64,000 nt of DNA from Candidatus Latescibacterota bacterium (GTDB lineage Bacteria > Krumholzibacteriota > Krumholzibacteriia > WVZY01 > JAKEHA01): NCBI GenBank assembly GCA_963707635.1, contig OY970173.1, positions 32,001 through 96,000 on the forward strand. The letters run 5' to 3'. How positions within the stretch are numbered: the first letter of the stretch is position 1; every line of letters begins with the position of its first letter. The notes beneath the pieces were generated by a model. The model was not told the origin of the DNA and did no database searches. It saw only the letters and a list, made by a program, of their open reading frames with translations. Positions 29,131 through 39,634 of this stretch are shown here, one piece after another. A program made the position numbers and the translations under genes.

Positions 29131-30447
29131 GCCGTCTTCCTTTCCTCGACGCCGGGTTCCAGCGGCCGGGCCGCGCAGCCCTTCGCGCCGCGCGAACAAC
29201 GCCGCCCCCAGCGCGCCGGTATAGATGGAATCGGGCGAGATGTTCATCTTGATGTCGCCGTAGTTTTCGCCGATGAGGGCCTGAAGAGCCCTCACGGCCG
29301 CGGGGTTCCTGGCCACGCCACCGGTGAACGTGAACTCGCTGCTCACGCCGCCCGAGCGGGCGAGCAGCGACATCGCGCGCAGAATGATGGCCCGATGGAG
29401 ACCCGCCAGGATGTCTTCCCGCTTTTCGCCCAGCGACAGGCGCTCGCGCAGCTCGGCGCCCGCGAACACGGTGCAGGTGGAGTTGATGCGCACCGGCCGC
29501 GACGACTGGCACGCCATCGGACCCAGCTCCTGCAGGCTCATGTTCATCTCGTCGGCGATGTAGCCGAGGTAACGCCCGCACCCCGCCGCGCACCGGTCGT
29601 TCATCTGAAACGACGTCACGATCCCGCGCTCGTCCACCTGAATCGCCTTCGTGTCCTGTCCTCCGATGTCGAGCACCGTCCGCGTGCCCGGAAACATCGC
29701 GTGCGCGCCCAGGCCGTGGCAGAGAATCTCGGAGCGAATCTGCTCCTTCGGGAACGGGAGGGTGGCGCGCCCGTACCCGGTGCCGACGCTGCACGTCACC
29801 TCGAGCGGCACCGCCGCCGCTTCCGCCACCGCGCCGCGCAGCGCGGGCGGGACCTCGGGAAGCGCCCCCAGAGCCGCGCCGACGTGGAGCCCGAAGTTCT
29901 CCGCCCCCGCGGGTCGGTTCTCGACGTCGAGGATCGCCTTGTCGAACAGGCCCACCAGGCGATCGAACGGCACGCCTTCGGAGCGCGCGAGCTCTTCGGC
30001 CAGCCGAAGGTAGATGCTGCCCGCGAGGTCGCGGAAGAAGTCGCTCTTGCGTTTCGCGCCGGGCTGGAACATCGCGCCGGCGTCGCGCTCCATGCGGGAG
30101 AGGATCTCGTCGACCACGCGGGCGACGCCGTTCGCGTCGCGCCTCGTGATGAAGGAGCGCAGCACCTCGGCGAGCATCGCCAGCTGCGCCAGGTACTGCT
30201 CCCGGCGGAAGGCGAGCTCGAGGCGGTCCATCTGATTCCACGTCGCTGCCGCGCCGGCGCGTTCGAGCGCCGCGGACAAGAGCGCAAAGCGCACGTTGAT
30301 CATCGCCTCGCACAACGCCACGTCGCACGCGACCTTGTAGTTGCTGCGGCTGTTGGTGATGCCGCGTCCGAGCACGTCGCCGGCCTCGCCGAGGATCAGC
30401 GCCTTGGTGGTGGTAGAGCCGAGATCGATGCCAACGTTGAGTTTCAT
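29127..30447 (-). CDS. bcrA: Benzoyl-CoA reductase subunit A
   Basis: GIDLGSTTTK, GITNSRSNY, GTGYGR, SEILCHGLG, MNDRCAAGCGRYL. About 439 codons before the bcrD ATG; its stop (TGA 29127-29) is reached only after a 1-nt correction. Confidence 0.9.
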
Positions 30448-31739
30448 GCCGCGCTCCCGGCGCGTTTTTGCTCGATCATCTGCAAGTACGATTCGAGGCG
30501 GTTCTTGATGTTGGCAGCGGAGAAATAGCGCGGATCAACCAGGTCGCTCTCGATGAAACCGCCGGGCCGCCCGGTGAGCCGCTCCACCTCGCGCAGCATC
30601 ATCAGCTGCCCCGCGCTGAATGAATTGCAGCTCTTGATCGAGTTGATCAGCAACCCATCGGCGTCGAACTCCCGAACGTAGCGGACCAGCATCTCCACGC
30701 GCCGCGGCAGGCTCAGGTTGGTGTAGCAGCCCATGCAGTACTCCGCCAGGCTCTCCAGCGGACGATCGGGGTCGTGGCGGAATCCGAGGTCGTAGACGCC
30801 GCCGACCTTGGTGTAGGTGGACGCGACCACCACCGCTCCCTCGTCGGCAAACATCTTCCAGAACTCGCGGAAGCTCGTCCAGTTGGGCGGCCCCTCCACC
30901 ACCAGGCGGAAACGTTCACGCGCCATGGGGCCGTCGGGCGTGATCGGGCCGAGCCCCTGGTGGGCCCGCTCCTCCACCTCGGCGCGCAGCATGCGATAGT
31001 AGTCGACCGCTTCCTCGGTCCCACGGAATGCGCTGAAGATGGGGCCGATGTAGTACACACCGCCAAAGTACGCGTCGATGGGCGACGGCCTCTGCCGGGC
31101 CGAATTGAGGACCGCTACCAGGTCGTCCTCGGCGCGAGCGGACCGCGCGAGCATCTCGTGCAGCCGATCTTCGTCGTAGCGCCGTCCCGACACGGCCTCC
31201 AGCGCGGGGATGACCTTGTCGCGGAGCTGGTCGACCACGTACCGGCGCATCGAGTCAGTGATCGTCCCGTCACCCTGATAGGGCACGTGCAGCATCACCA
31301 CCGGGCAGTCGTACTCCTCGCGCAGAATCTCGAACCACTTCATGAACGTGAAGCACCCCGTGTAGGACAGGAGCAGCAGGTCGGGTTTCGGCAGGCGCTC
31401 GCCGGTCGGGCCGACGTTGCCCGACTTCATCATCCCGAGGTCGCACTTCACGTACGTGCACACGTCCTCGGAGTGGCCGAGCTTCTCCGCGACCGCGATG
31501 TACTCGCGCGATTTGCCGCGCATGGCCGACTGCAGCGCGTTGATTTCGGGGAGCACGGGGAGGAGATCGAAGCTACGAATCAGCTCGGTGAGGTTGCCGG
31601 GCACGAAGGTGTACACGTTCTTGTCCCCGGTTTCCGGCGCGCGGGCGAGCCGTGAAAAATGCGCGGCAATCATGTTCTTCTGACGAACCTGGCTGTCTTC
31701 CTTGTGAACGCTCGCGGCGCTCGCGCTGACATCCGGCAT
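30444..31739 (-). CDS. bcrB: Benzoyl-CoA reductase subunit B
   Basis: TFVPGNL, GHSEDVCTYVK, SYTGCFTFMKWFE, GCYTN, NSIKSCNSFSAGQ. Confidence 0.93.
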   Translation of the reverse strand: MPDVSASAASVHKEDSQVRQKNMIAAHFSRLARAPETGDKNVYTFVPGNLTELIRSFDLLPVLPEINALQSAMRGKSREYIAVAEKLGHSEDVCTYVKCDLGMMKSGNVGPTGERLPKPDLLLLSYTGCFTFMKWFEILREEYDCPVVMLHVPYQGDGTITDSMRRYVVDQLRDKVIPALEAVSGRRYDEDRLHEMLARSARAEDDLVAVLNSARQRPSPIDAYFGGVYYIGPIFSAFRGTEEAVDYYRMLRAEVEERAHQGLGPITPDGPMARERFRLVVEGPPNWTSFREFWKMFADEGAVVVASTYTKVGGVYDLGFRHDPDRPLESLAEYCMGCYTNLSLPRRVEMLVRYVREFDADGLLINSIKSCNSFSAGQLMMLREVERLTGRPGGFIESDLVDPRYFSAANIKNRLESYLQMIEQKRAGSAA

Positions 31740-31742
31740 GGT

Positions 31743-32933
31743 CTACACCTCGCTCCAGAGCTTGATGGAATCGGCGAACGTTCCCGACTGTTCGCGGATG
31801 ACCTGGAACTGGCCGTTGTTCTCCGCGAACTTGAACGCGGTATATGGAATCCCCGCCCGTTCGAGGGCGCGGATGGTCATGGGCTGGTCGAGCAGGGCGG
31901 GGTCGCAGAAACTGGCGGAGCAGTACACCACGCCCTCGGCGCCGCACTGCCGCACGCGGTCCACCAGCGCCGCGCCCTTCTTCTCGTCGCCGATGTAGCG
32001 AATCGGGCTGGCGACTGCGTCGTGCAGAAATGCGCGCACCAGCGCATCGAGCGGGTCGCCATCGACGGCGATCTCTCCGCGCATGAAGCGGTGCACCTGG
32101 ACGAAGTCGTCCTCCACGATGTAGCACCCCGACCGCTCCAGCGTCTTGATCAACCCCAGCGGCGGTTGCTCGCAGAACGCGCCGGTGAGGAGCACGCGCG
32201 CTTGATCCATGGGCTGGCGCGCCGCATCGGCGGCGACCGCGTCGCGATACTCCGCCAGCATCGGGGTGAAGTCTTCGACCGGGATCACCTGGCCGGCGCG
32301 CAGCACGAGGTAGAGCTCGTGGGTAGGGACTTTCCACGGTTCGCGGCGGCGCAGGTCGAAGAGTTCCTCCACGACGCGCCGGTTCCGGTTGTAGGCCTCG
32401 ATCGACGCGCGCAGCCGGGCCGGCTCCAGCGCCCGGGCACCCCGCCGGGTCAGCTCTTCCGAAAGGCTCTCCAGCTCGCGCCGGTAGAAACTTCCCCCGA
32501 GCTCCGCGTCGAAGTTCTGCGGGACGTCGAAGTAGCGCGAGAGTCGATCGGGGAATTGCATCTGCCACATGCCGGAGAGATTGCGGATCACGTCGCACGT
32601 GGCCGGGAATATCATCCCGTCCAGACAGTCGAGCGAGCCGTTCAAGCCCATCTCGATCGTGCTGCGTGGAATGTGGCAAATATAAGATTGGTAGTAGGCG
32701 TCGCCGCGGATGATCTCCAGGTCGTCGCCACCACCCATGATCCCCACCGGCAACACGCCCTGCGCGTGCAACAGCTCGCGCGGAATGTAGACGGGCATGA
32801 AGCCGATGGCGAGCGACCCGGTGCGCTGCTTCCAGGCGCGCACCTCGCTCAAGGTCCGGTCCCGGTACAGGGACTCGGCGCGCTCGACGACGGCGCGGAC
32901 GCGTTCAGACGCAGGATCGACCGGCCGGTTCAT
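31743..32933 (-). CDS. bcrC: Benzoyl-CoA reductase subunit C
   Basis: GDAYYQSYICHIPRSTIE, CDVIRNLSGMW, FCEQPP, SFCDPALL, EQSGTFADSIKLWS. Confidence 0.93.
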   Translation of the reverse strand: MNRPVDPASERVRAVVERAESLYRDRTLSEVRAWKQRTGSLAIGFMPVYIPRELLHAQGVLPVGIMGGGDDLEIIRGDAYYQSYICHIPRSTIEMGLNGSLDCLDGMIFPATCDVIRNLSGMWQMQFPDRLSRYFDVPQNFDAELGGSFYRRELESLSEELTRRGARALEPARLRASIEAYNRNRRVVEELFDLRRREPWKVPTHELYLVLRAGQVIPVEDFTPMLAEYRDAVAADAARQPMDQARVLLTGAFCEQPPLGLIKTLERSGCYIVEDDFVQVHRFMRGEIAVDGDPLDALVRAFLHDAVASPIRYIGDEKKGAALVDRVRQCGAEGVVYCSASFCDPALLDQPMTIRALERAGIPYTAFKFAENNGQFQVIREQSGTFADSIKLWSEV

Positions 32934-33724
32934 CGGTTCTCCCAACGGGGTGGACGCTTCTCGAGAAACGCGTTGAGTCCCTCGACTGCATCCGCGCTGC
33001 CCATGAGGTCGCGCAGGTAAAAGGACTCGAGGTGATCGAGCTCGGTGAGAAAGCGCTGCGAAAAGGCCGCGCGCGCCGCGCGCACCGCAAAGCGCAAACT
33101 CGACGCGGAGCGCGGCACGAGGTGTGTGCGCACGTAGGTCAGCGCCGCGGCGGCCGGATCGGCGACACGGTCGTCGGCCAGCCGCAGTCGCAACGCCTCG
33201 GTCGAATCGATCGAGCGCCCCGACAAGAGCAGGTCCTCCGCCCCACCGCGTCCCATCCGCTCCGCCAGAGTCACCGACGCCACCGGCGCGAAAACTCCGA
33301 GGGTGATCTCGGGTTGCCCGAGGTGGGCGTCGTGCGACACGATCACGCGGTTGCAGAACGCGGCCAGCTCGAGGCCACCCCCCAGGCACTGGCCGCGCAC
33401 GACGGCCAGGGTCGGGACCGAGGCCGCGATCATGGCGCGAAACAGCCCGCGGAATGCGCGCAGCATCGCCTCGCACTGGTCCGGGAGGTGCTCCTGGACG
33501 CTGGCCCCGAACGAGAAATTCGCGCCCTCGCCCTCGAGCAGGATCGCCTTCACCCCCGCATCGCCCTGCGCCCGGACAAACTGCGCGGTCAGCGCGTCCA
33601 CCATCGCCCTGTCCAGGATATTTGCCTTCGGCCGCGACAGAAACAGACGCCACACCGCGCCGCCCTCGAGCACCTCGACGCGAACCGGAGAACCGCCGGA
33701 GCTGGATTGTGCGTCCACGATCAA
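32930..33724 (-). CDS. dch: Cyclohexa-1,5-diene-1-carbonyl-CoA hydratase
   Basis: Crotonase fold: RPKANILD, FSFGASVQEH, GQCLGGGLE, GQPEI.LGVFAP; operon context. Confidence 0.9.
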   Translation of the reverse strand: MIVDAQSSSGGSPVRVEVLEGGAVWRLFLSRPKANILDRAMVDALTAQFVRAQGDAGVKAILLEGEGANFSFGASVQEHLPDQCEAMLRAFRGLFRAMIAASVPTLAVVRGQCLGGGLELAAFCNRVIVSHDAHLGQPEITLGVFAPVASVTLAERMGRGGAEDLLLSGRSIDSTEALRLRLADDRVADPAAAALTYVRTHLVPRSASSLRFAVRAARAAFSQRFLTELDHLESFYLRDLMGSADAVEGLNAFLEKRPPRWENR

Positions 33725-34830
33725 GCCTTTCTGCTCGCGGCGCCGTCGGCGCGGGGCTGGATTTCATCCATGAGCGCGTCGTCCCAGCTTCGTCCTTCCG
33801 CGAGTCGCCGCCGCAACAGCAGGAAATCCACCTCGCGCCGGTCGCGGGGGCCGCTGTGGAACGCGCGGAAACCCGCCCGCCCCTCGGTCATCATGTTGAG
33901 ACCGAGCCACGCTCGGTTGGTCTCGCGATTCTTGTCCCAATGCTCGAGCTTGTGCTTGCGCACGCTCTCGATGGTCTTGGTGAGGCAACCGGGCATCGTC
34001 ATCGCGAGCGCATACACGAGCGCGTCCACCTCCGCGTCCAGCTTCGACAGGTCGATCTCACCACGCTTGAGCATCTCCTTGCCGCGATCGAACTCCGCAC
34101 CCTCCTTGCGCTCGCCGTGGATAATCCGCCCCATGTCGTCGAGATATCGATCCGTCACGACCAGGGGATTCGGGGTGAAGCGTCCGTCCACCTTGAGCGC
34201 CGGAACCATGCGCGTGAGCAGGCCCAGGCGAAGCGCCTTGTGCGCGCTCCACGGCTGACAGACGGTGCAGCTCTCCATCGCCGCTTCGACGTTCACGAAC
34301 AACGGCAGGAAATCGGTGCTGCCGCCATCCGGCGCCGACCCATGCCGCGGCCCTGCCTGCCCGAACAGCGCGAGGTCCTGGGCCAGCGAGAAGTCGCACG
34401 CCATGCCGATCTCCTGGCCGCCACCGATCCGCATGCCGTTGACGCGGCAGACGACGGGCTTGTCGCACGCGAGAATCGCACTCACCATGTCGTTGAACAG
34501 CCGCATGTACTGGCGATACTCCTCCGGCCGCCCGGCGTAGTACTCGGCGTACTCGGCCGTGTTTCCGCCGGTGCAGAACGCCCGGTTGCCAGTGCCCGTG
34601 AAGACGACCGCGACGCACGCACGGTCGTTGGACGCGCGGCGCATGCCGAGGATCACGCCTTTCACCATGTCGGTGGTGTACGAGTTCATCTGCTCCGGAT
34701 TGTCGAGCGTGATGCGAATCGCGTGCAGGCCTTCGACCTTGCCGCCGTCGGGAGTGCACACGGGCGTCTCGTCGTAGAGGATGCCGGGGGTCCGAGTCGT
34801 GGGAACGAGGTCGTGATTCTTGAGTTCCAT
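33721..34830 (-). CDS. oah: 6-oxocyclohex-1-ene-1-carbonyl-CoA hydrolase
   Basis: NSYTTDMVKGVIL, AFCTGGNT.EYAEYYAG.P.EYRQYMRLFNDMV, RVNGMRIGGGQEIGMACD. Confidence 0.95.
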   Translation of the reverse strand: MELKNHDLVPTTRTPGILYDETPVCTPDGGKVEGLHAIRITLDNPEQMNSYTTDMVKGVILGMRRASNDRACVAVVFTGTGNRAFCTGGNTAEYAEYYAGRPEEYRQYMRLFNDMVSAILACDKPVVCRVNGMRIGGGQEIGMACDFSLAQDLALFGQAGPRHGSAPDGGSTDFLPLFVNVEAAMESCTVCQPWSAHKALRLGLLTRMVPALKVDGRFTPNPLVVTDRYLDDMGRIIHGERKEGAEFDRGKEMLKRGEIDLSKLDAEVDALVYALAMTMPGCLTKTIESVRKHKLEHWDKNRETNRAWLGLNMMTEGRAGFRAFHSGPRDRREVDFLLLRRRLAEGRSWDDALMDEIQPRADGAASRKA

Positions 34831-34833
34831 GGG

Positions 34834-35907
34834 TCACCTTTCCGGAACGAGAACGACCCGGCCGCGGGCGCGCCGGTGGTGGACGTCTTCGAACGTCTCG
34901 TTGATAGACGAGAGGGGACGGCTCTCGATGAACGGCTCCAGCACCACTTTGCCGGACAGAATGAGATCGACGGCGGCCGGGTAGTGCTCCGGCAGGCACG
35001 CCCAGTTGCCCTGCGCGGTCGCGTCCTGTGCCATGAGGTTCGACAGCCGCACTTCCACTTTCTCTGCCGTGTAACCGACCACGCTCAAGTAACCGCCGGG
35101 GCCGAGCAGACCGAATGCGGTCGTTTGCCCCGCGGGCGTGCCCGAGGTTTCGAAGATCTTCTGCTTCCAGGTGGGAATGCCGCGCTCGTCGGCAAAGCGC
35201 TTGATCGCACCGCGCAGCGACTTGAAGTCCATCTGGTCGGCGCGGAGCGTGAGACCGGCGCCGTGCGCCGCGATCGCGTCCAGACGAACAGGGTCGACGT
35301 CGATGGCCACCGTCGCCGCACCGCGCGCGGCCGCGATCTGGATACCGAAGCCACCCACGCCGCCGGCGCCCACGAACACGGCCAGGTCCCCGCTGCCCAG
35401 ATGGCTCCGGTGGATGGCCTGGAACGGTGTCGCCACCGCGTCGGCAACGACCGACAGCGCGGCGAGGTCGAGTCCGGCGGGATTGAGCTTGGGATTGGAA
35501 AGATCGGGAACCGGGCACAGACCGCGCGCCGGGACGCGAACGTGGGTGGCGAAACCACCGTGCACGTCGCACCCGAGGAAGACCTGGCGCGGGCAGATCG
35601 CACCGCGGCCGTCGCGGCAGGCGGCGCATTCGCCGCACGGGATGACGGCGGGAACGACGACCGCGTGGCCGAGCCATTCCTCGGCGCCGGGACCGGTCGC
35701 CGTGACGGTGCCGCTGACTTCATGACCCAGGGTGAGCGGGAAGGGATGGCGCGTGGGCACCCCGTCGTAGAAGAAACCGAGGTCGGTATGGCAGACGCCG
35801 CACCCGGCCACCCGGACGAGGGCGTCTCCCGGAGAGAGGACCTCGTCGCGGTCCTCCCACCTCATCCGCTCCCCCACGCGGTGGGTAACCCAGCTCGCTA
35901 TCTTCAC
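34834..35907 (-). CDS. had: 6-hydroxycyclohex-1-ene-1-carbonyl-CoA dehydrogenase (Zn-ADH family)
   Basis: GCGVCHTDLGF, LGHEVSG, PAVIPCGEC..C, SVVADAV, RLSNLMA.DA...GNW.C. Confidence 0.93.
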   Translation of the reverse strand: MKIASWVTHRVGERMRWEDRDEVLSPGDALVRVAGCGVCHTDLGFFYDGVPTRHPFPLTLGHEVSGTVTATGPGAEEWLGHAVVVPAVIPCGECAACRDGRGAICPRQVFLGCDVHGGFATHVRVPARGLCPVPDLSNPKLNPAGLDLAALSVVADAVATPFQAIHRSHLGSGDLAVFVGAGGVGGFGIQIAAARGAATVAIDVDPVRLDAIAAHGAGLTLRADQMDFKSLRGAIKRFADERGIPTWKQKIFETSGTPAGQTTAFGLLGPGGYLSVVGYTAEKVEVRLSNLMAQDATAQGNWACLPEHYPAAVDLILSGKVVLEPFIESRPLSSINETFEDVHHRRARGRVVLVPER

Positions 35908-35974
35908 TTCCAGTCTCCGATCTGGCCCGAGGGACCCGCGAGCTCCTAAACAGGAAAATCGGATATCAAATACC

Positions 35975-36003
35975 TAAATACACCGAAAACGATCTTGTGT
36001 CAA
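35975..36003 (-). promoter_or_regulatory. sigma70 promoter of the had-oah-dch-bcr operon
   Basis: TTGACA-N17-TATTTA, followed by an AT-rich imperfect inverted repeat that could be an Rrf2 operator. Confidence 0.65.
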
Positions 36004-36053
36004 GGGGTCCACATGTTCAGGCGGGTCAGAATCGAACCCTGGATGGACACAAA

Positions 36054-39000
36054 TCAGGCCACTGCTTCGAGACTTTCCGAGCAGTCGGGTGTGGCTTCGG
36101 CTGGGGCCGGAGTGGGGTCGACCTGGGAATGAGACGCGTGTTCGGCGCTACGCTCGCGCCACTCGTCGCGCACCTTGTCCTCGCGGTAGCGCTTGAGGAA
36201 ATAGCCGATTGTCTCCACACGAATCTTGATCGAGCCGGCGGGCCGGTTTTCGTCCAGGTCCTTGAAGGAGAAGTACGGCGTCCCCGAGCACTCGATGATC
36301 TCTTCGACCACGCTGTAGATGGGGGCGTCGTGGCCGCACTTGAAGTTGGAAAGCTCCAGCGCGACCAGATTGGGGTGGCGCGCGGTGTACTTCGCCGCCC
36401 ATACCTTGCGGCTCGTGTTCTCGCTGTAGGCGTTCTTCCAGACGTCCATGATGTCCATCGGGCTCGAGATCTCGCCGGCGCGGACCTCGTCGCCGAAGAG
36501 ACGCTCCAGCATATCTGCGTCGATCGGGAGCGAGTCCTGCGTGAAGACCGGGTAGCCGAGCTTCTGGAACTCGACCAGGATCTCGTGGTTGATGCCGGGG
36601 TCGTTGTGGTACGGGCGACCGAGCACGACGATGCCGATCTTCTGCTCGGCTTCGAGCTGATCCAGGACCTCGCGCGCCTGGCGACGGATCGACACGGTGT
36701 ATTCGTCCAGCGCTTTGTAGCCCGCTTCGACCGCGCGCTGGTTTTCTTTGTCCGAGAGCCCGAGCACGTCCTTGAACGCGGCCATCATCTGGCGCGCGAA
36801 CAGGTGCGGCTGCGCCACGTTCACCAGCGGGCACAGATAGCGAATCCCCTTCTTCGCGAACAGGTCGCCCTCCTTGGTGAAGGCGGCTTTCACGGCCTCG
36901 GGCGTCGCGGTCACGGTCGGGCACGCGCGGCAGTCCTGGGTCTTCACCAGCTCGCTCGGAAGATCGTCGATCATCGGGAAGAAGATCACGTCCAGCGGCT
37001 TCTTCTCGTGCTGCTTGAAAATGAGGTTGTGGACGTGCGGGATACCGAGCTTGCTCGGGAAGCACGGGTCGATGGCGCCACGCTTGGCCCCTTCCTTGTA
37101 CAATTCTTCGTTGGTGTAGTCCGAGTACACGAGGTTCTGCGGGCGCACCCCGAGCGACTCGAAGTATCCGGAGAAAAGCGGGTTGGTCGAGTACTGGTTC
37201 AGCATCTTCGGTATGCCGATGCGGAAGCTCTCGCGCTGCTTCATCAACTCGACCCGCTGCTTCTGCGCGGACGTGAACGCGTGCTTCGGCGGCGCCTCGG
37301 CCACGCTCTCCGGCTTGAAGCTCTTGAACACGTCGCGCGCGCTCTTCTCGACGAAGTTCGGCGCCGCCTTGAGGCGGGCGTCGAGGTCCTTCTTGATCTC
37401 GCGCATCGACTCGACGTCCTCGACCAGCCCCTTTTCGCACGAGTTGTTGACGATCAACCGCCGCGCGCCGGCCATGAGCGGCACTTTCGACTTGCGCGCG
37501 CCGGCGGTGGCGCTGGCCGTGTCCACCTCGCCCTGGTCGCGCTTGACCACGCCGGAGGCTTCGACGTCGATGAAGGTGCGCAGGCACTCGTTCTTGCAGA
37601 AGTGGCAGCGCGTATCCTCCGAGGTCGTGGCGGTGTAGGCGATCATCTTGACCGCGTCCAGGCCGATGAATGTCGACACGCGCCCGTTTTCCCACAGCCG
37701 CGCCGCCTCGATTGCCGCGCCGATCGCACCGCTCTCGCCACAGTGGGTATGAATGATGATCTCCGGGTTGTCGCCATTGCAGCGAAATCTCGATTCGATG
37801 AAGTCGACCTGCGACTTGACGGCCGCGAGGTTGCGCTGGGTGCCGCCCTGGAGGACGAACTTCTTCCCCAGCTTGGCGAGATTCGGAATCTGCGCCACGT
37901 AGAGCCAGATGTTTTTTGGAAGCACCGCCGCCAGGCCGGCCATGATCTCGGCCGCTGTCCAGCCCTGACGCTGGAAATCGACGATGTCGGACTGCATGAA
38001 CACCGCGCAGCCGTAGCCGAAGGTCGGCATCTGCTCGGCCGCGAAGGCGGTGTCCGCGAACTGCTCGACCGGCACACCGAACTCGCCCGCCGTGCTCTGG
38101 AGGAAATAGCCATTCCCCGCCGAACACTGCGTGTTGAGCTTGAAGTCCTTCACACTCCCGCCGTTGAGCACCATGATCTTGATGTCCTGGCCGCCAACGT
38201 CGCAGATCACGTCGACGTCGTCGTAGAAATGGAGCGCCGATTCCGCGTGCGCGACGGTCTCGACGATGGCGGCATCCGCGCCGAGCACGTCGCGCAGCAC
38301 GTCCTTGGCGTAACCGGTGGTACCCACACCCAGGATCTCCAAGCGCGCGCCCTGGGACTCCACGTGGCGCTGGATGTCCCCGATCACTTCGATCGTGTCC
38401 TTGATGGGGTTGCCCTTGGAGAGCTGGTACGACTTGGCGAGTACTTCTCTCTCGGTGGAGAGCAGCACCGCCTTGGTGGACGTCGAGCCGCCGTCGAGGC
38501 CCACGAAGGCGCGGACGACTTCGCCCGCCGCAAACGCCGCCTGCACGAACGGCTCCGGCGTGTAGCGTTCCTTGAACGCGGCCAGGTCCGTCGCGTCCTT
38601 GCTCAAGCCCGCGCTCGCCTTGGCCTTGCTCTGCTTGCGGCCGACGGTGATGTACTCCTCGAGCACCGCCCATCCTTTGTATACGCCGACGCCTTCGTCC
38701 TCGTCCTTGCCGTACTCGATCGCGCCGATCGCCGCGTAGTACTGCGCGTTCTGCGGCACGACGATCAGCGACTTCGGGTCGACTCCCTCCGGGATCGCGA
38801 CCTCGCGTTCTTTCCACACGATCGGGATGTTGTGCTGCCAGGCTTCGCGCATGCCGCGGATGTAGGTGTTGGGACCGCCGAGCAGGATCACTTCCGGGCG
38901 CAGCGTATGCCCGCGCGTCAACACGGAGAGATTCTGGCCGATGATCGCCTCGAAGAGGCTCGCCATCAGTTCTTCGGTGGGGATGCCCTGCTTCTGGAGA

Positions 39001-39569
39001 CCGTTGATGTCGGTCTCGGCGAAGACGCCGCACTTGCCGGCGACGTGGTGGAGCTTGACCCCGTGGTAGCCCTGCTCGCAGAGCTCGTCGGGCGGGATGC
39101 GGAGCTTGGCGTTGATCTTGTCGATGACGGCTCCGGTGCCGCCGGCGCACTTGTCGTTCATCGACGGAATCTTTTTCTTGCGGCCGGTCTCGGGGTCTTC
39201 TTTGAAGACGATGATCTTCGCGTCCTGGCCGCCGAGCTCGATCACCGAGCCCGCCTTCGGGTGCTCCTTCTCCACCGCGAGGCAGACCGCGTTGACTTCC
39301 TGCACGAACTTGGCCCCGATGCGGGGGCTCATGTTCATGCCGCCGCTGCCGGTGATGAAGACGCGGACTTCCTGCGCGGTCACGGCGGCGACGAAACCGT
39401 CGACCTCGCCGTCGACGCGCTTCAGGAACTCGAGGACTTTTTCGGGCTGTTTGGTTTCGTGGCGCTGGTAGTCGTGCCAGAGGAGCCGGTCGGTGGCCGC
39501 GTCCACGACGACGGCCTTCACCGTGGTCGAGCCGACGTCCATACCGATCAGGAATCGGGTCGCGGCCAT
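36054..39569 (-). CDS. PlsA/Ger-like protein: two BcrAD/BadFG ATPase domains plus DUF2229/dehydratase-like domain
   Basis: Two ASKHA activase modules (GMDVGSTT...MNDKCAGGTG; GLDGGSTS...LNTQCSAGNG), C-terminal DPCFPSK, LGRPYH.DPGINH, SNFKCGHDA. The family call is firm; ether-lipid function is inferred. Confidence 0.8.
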   Translation of the reverse strand: MAATRFLIGMDVGSTTVKAVVVDAATDRLLWHDYQRHETKQPEKVLEFLKRVDGEVDGFVAAVTAQEVRVFITGSGGMNMSPRIGAKFVQEVNAVCLAVEKEHPKAGSVIELGGQDAKIIVFKEDPETGRKKKIPSMNDKCAGGTGAVIDKINAKLRIPPDELCEQGYHGVKLHHVAGKCGVFAETDINGLQKQGIPTEELMASLFEAIIGQNLSVLTRGHTLRPEVILLGGPNTYIRGMREAWQHNIPIVWKEREVAIPEGVDPKSLIVVPQNAQYYAAIGAIEYGKDEDEGVGVYKGWAVLEEYITVGRKQSKAKASAGLSKDATDLAAFKERYTPEPFVQAAFAAGEVVRAFVGLDGGSTSTKAVLLSTEREVLAKSYQLSKGNPIKDTIEVIGDIQRHVESQGARLEILGVGTTGYAKDVLRDVLGADAAIVETVAHAESALHFYDDVDVICDVGGQDIKIMVLNGGSVKDFKLNTQCSAGNGYFLQSTAGEFGVPVEQFADTAFAAEQMPTFGYGCAVFMQSDIVDFQRQGWTAAEIMAGLAAVLPKNIWLYVAQIPNLAKLGKKFVLQGGTQRNLAAVKSQVDFIESRFRCNGDNPEIIIHTHCGESGAIGAAIEAARLWENGRVSTFIGLDAVKMIAYTATTSEDTRCHFCKNECLRTFIDVEASGVVKRDQGEVDTASATAGARKSKVPLMAGARRLIVNNSCEKGLVEDVESMREIKKDLDARLKAAPNFVEKSARDVFKSFKPESVAEAPPKHAFTSAQKQRVELMKQRESFRIGIPKMLNQYSTNPLFSGYFESLGVRPQNLVYSDYTNEELYKEGAKRGAIDPCFPSKLGIPHVHNLIFKQHEKKPLDVIFFPMIDDLPSELVKTQDCRACPTVTATPEAVKAAFTKEGDLFAKKGIRYLCPLVNVAQPHLFARQMMAAFKDVLGLSDKENQRAVEAGYKALDEYTVSIRRQAREVLDQLEAEQKIGIVVLGRPYHNDPGINHEILVEFQKLGYPVFTQDSLPIDADMLERLFGDEVRAGEISSPMDIMDVWKNAYSENTSRKVWAAKYTARHPNLVALELSNFKCGHDAPIYSVVEEIIECSGTPYFSFKDLDENRPAGSIKIRVETIGYFLKRYREDKVRDEWRERSAEHASHSQVDPTPAPAEATPDCSESLEAVA

Positions 39570-39609
39570 GGCGGGAGTATGGACCAGGCGGCCGGGCGAG
39601 GGCAAACGG

Positions 39610-39634
39610 AATAGTGGAAGGGCCTTCCTTTATT
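39610..39634. promoter_or_regulatory. 25-bp palindromic operator candidate, copy 1
   Basis: AATAGTGGAAG-GGC-CTTCCTTTATT, 4 nt upstream of a minus-strand TTGCCC-N18-CATACT promoter. Confidence 0.65.

Noticed and set aside
35957..35978. Definite BadM/Rrf2 operator at the had promoter
   Set aside because: The inverted repeat is too imperfect and single-copy to call; noted only as a possibility.
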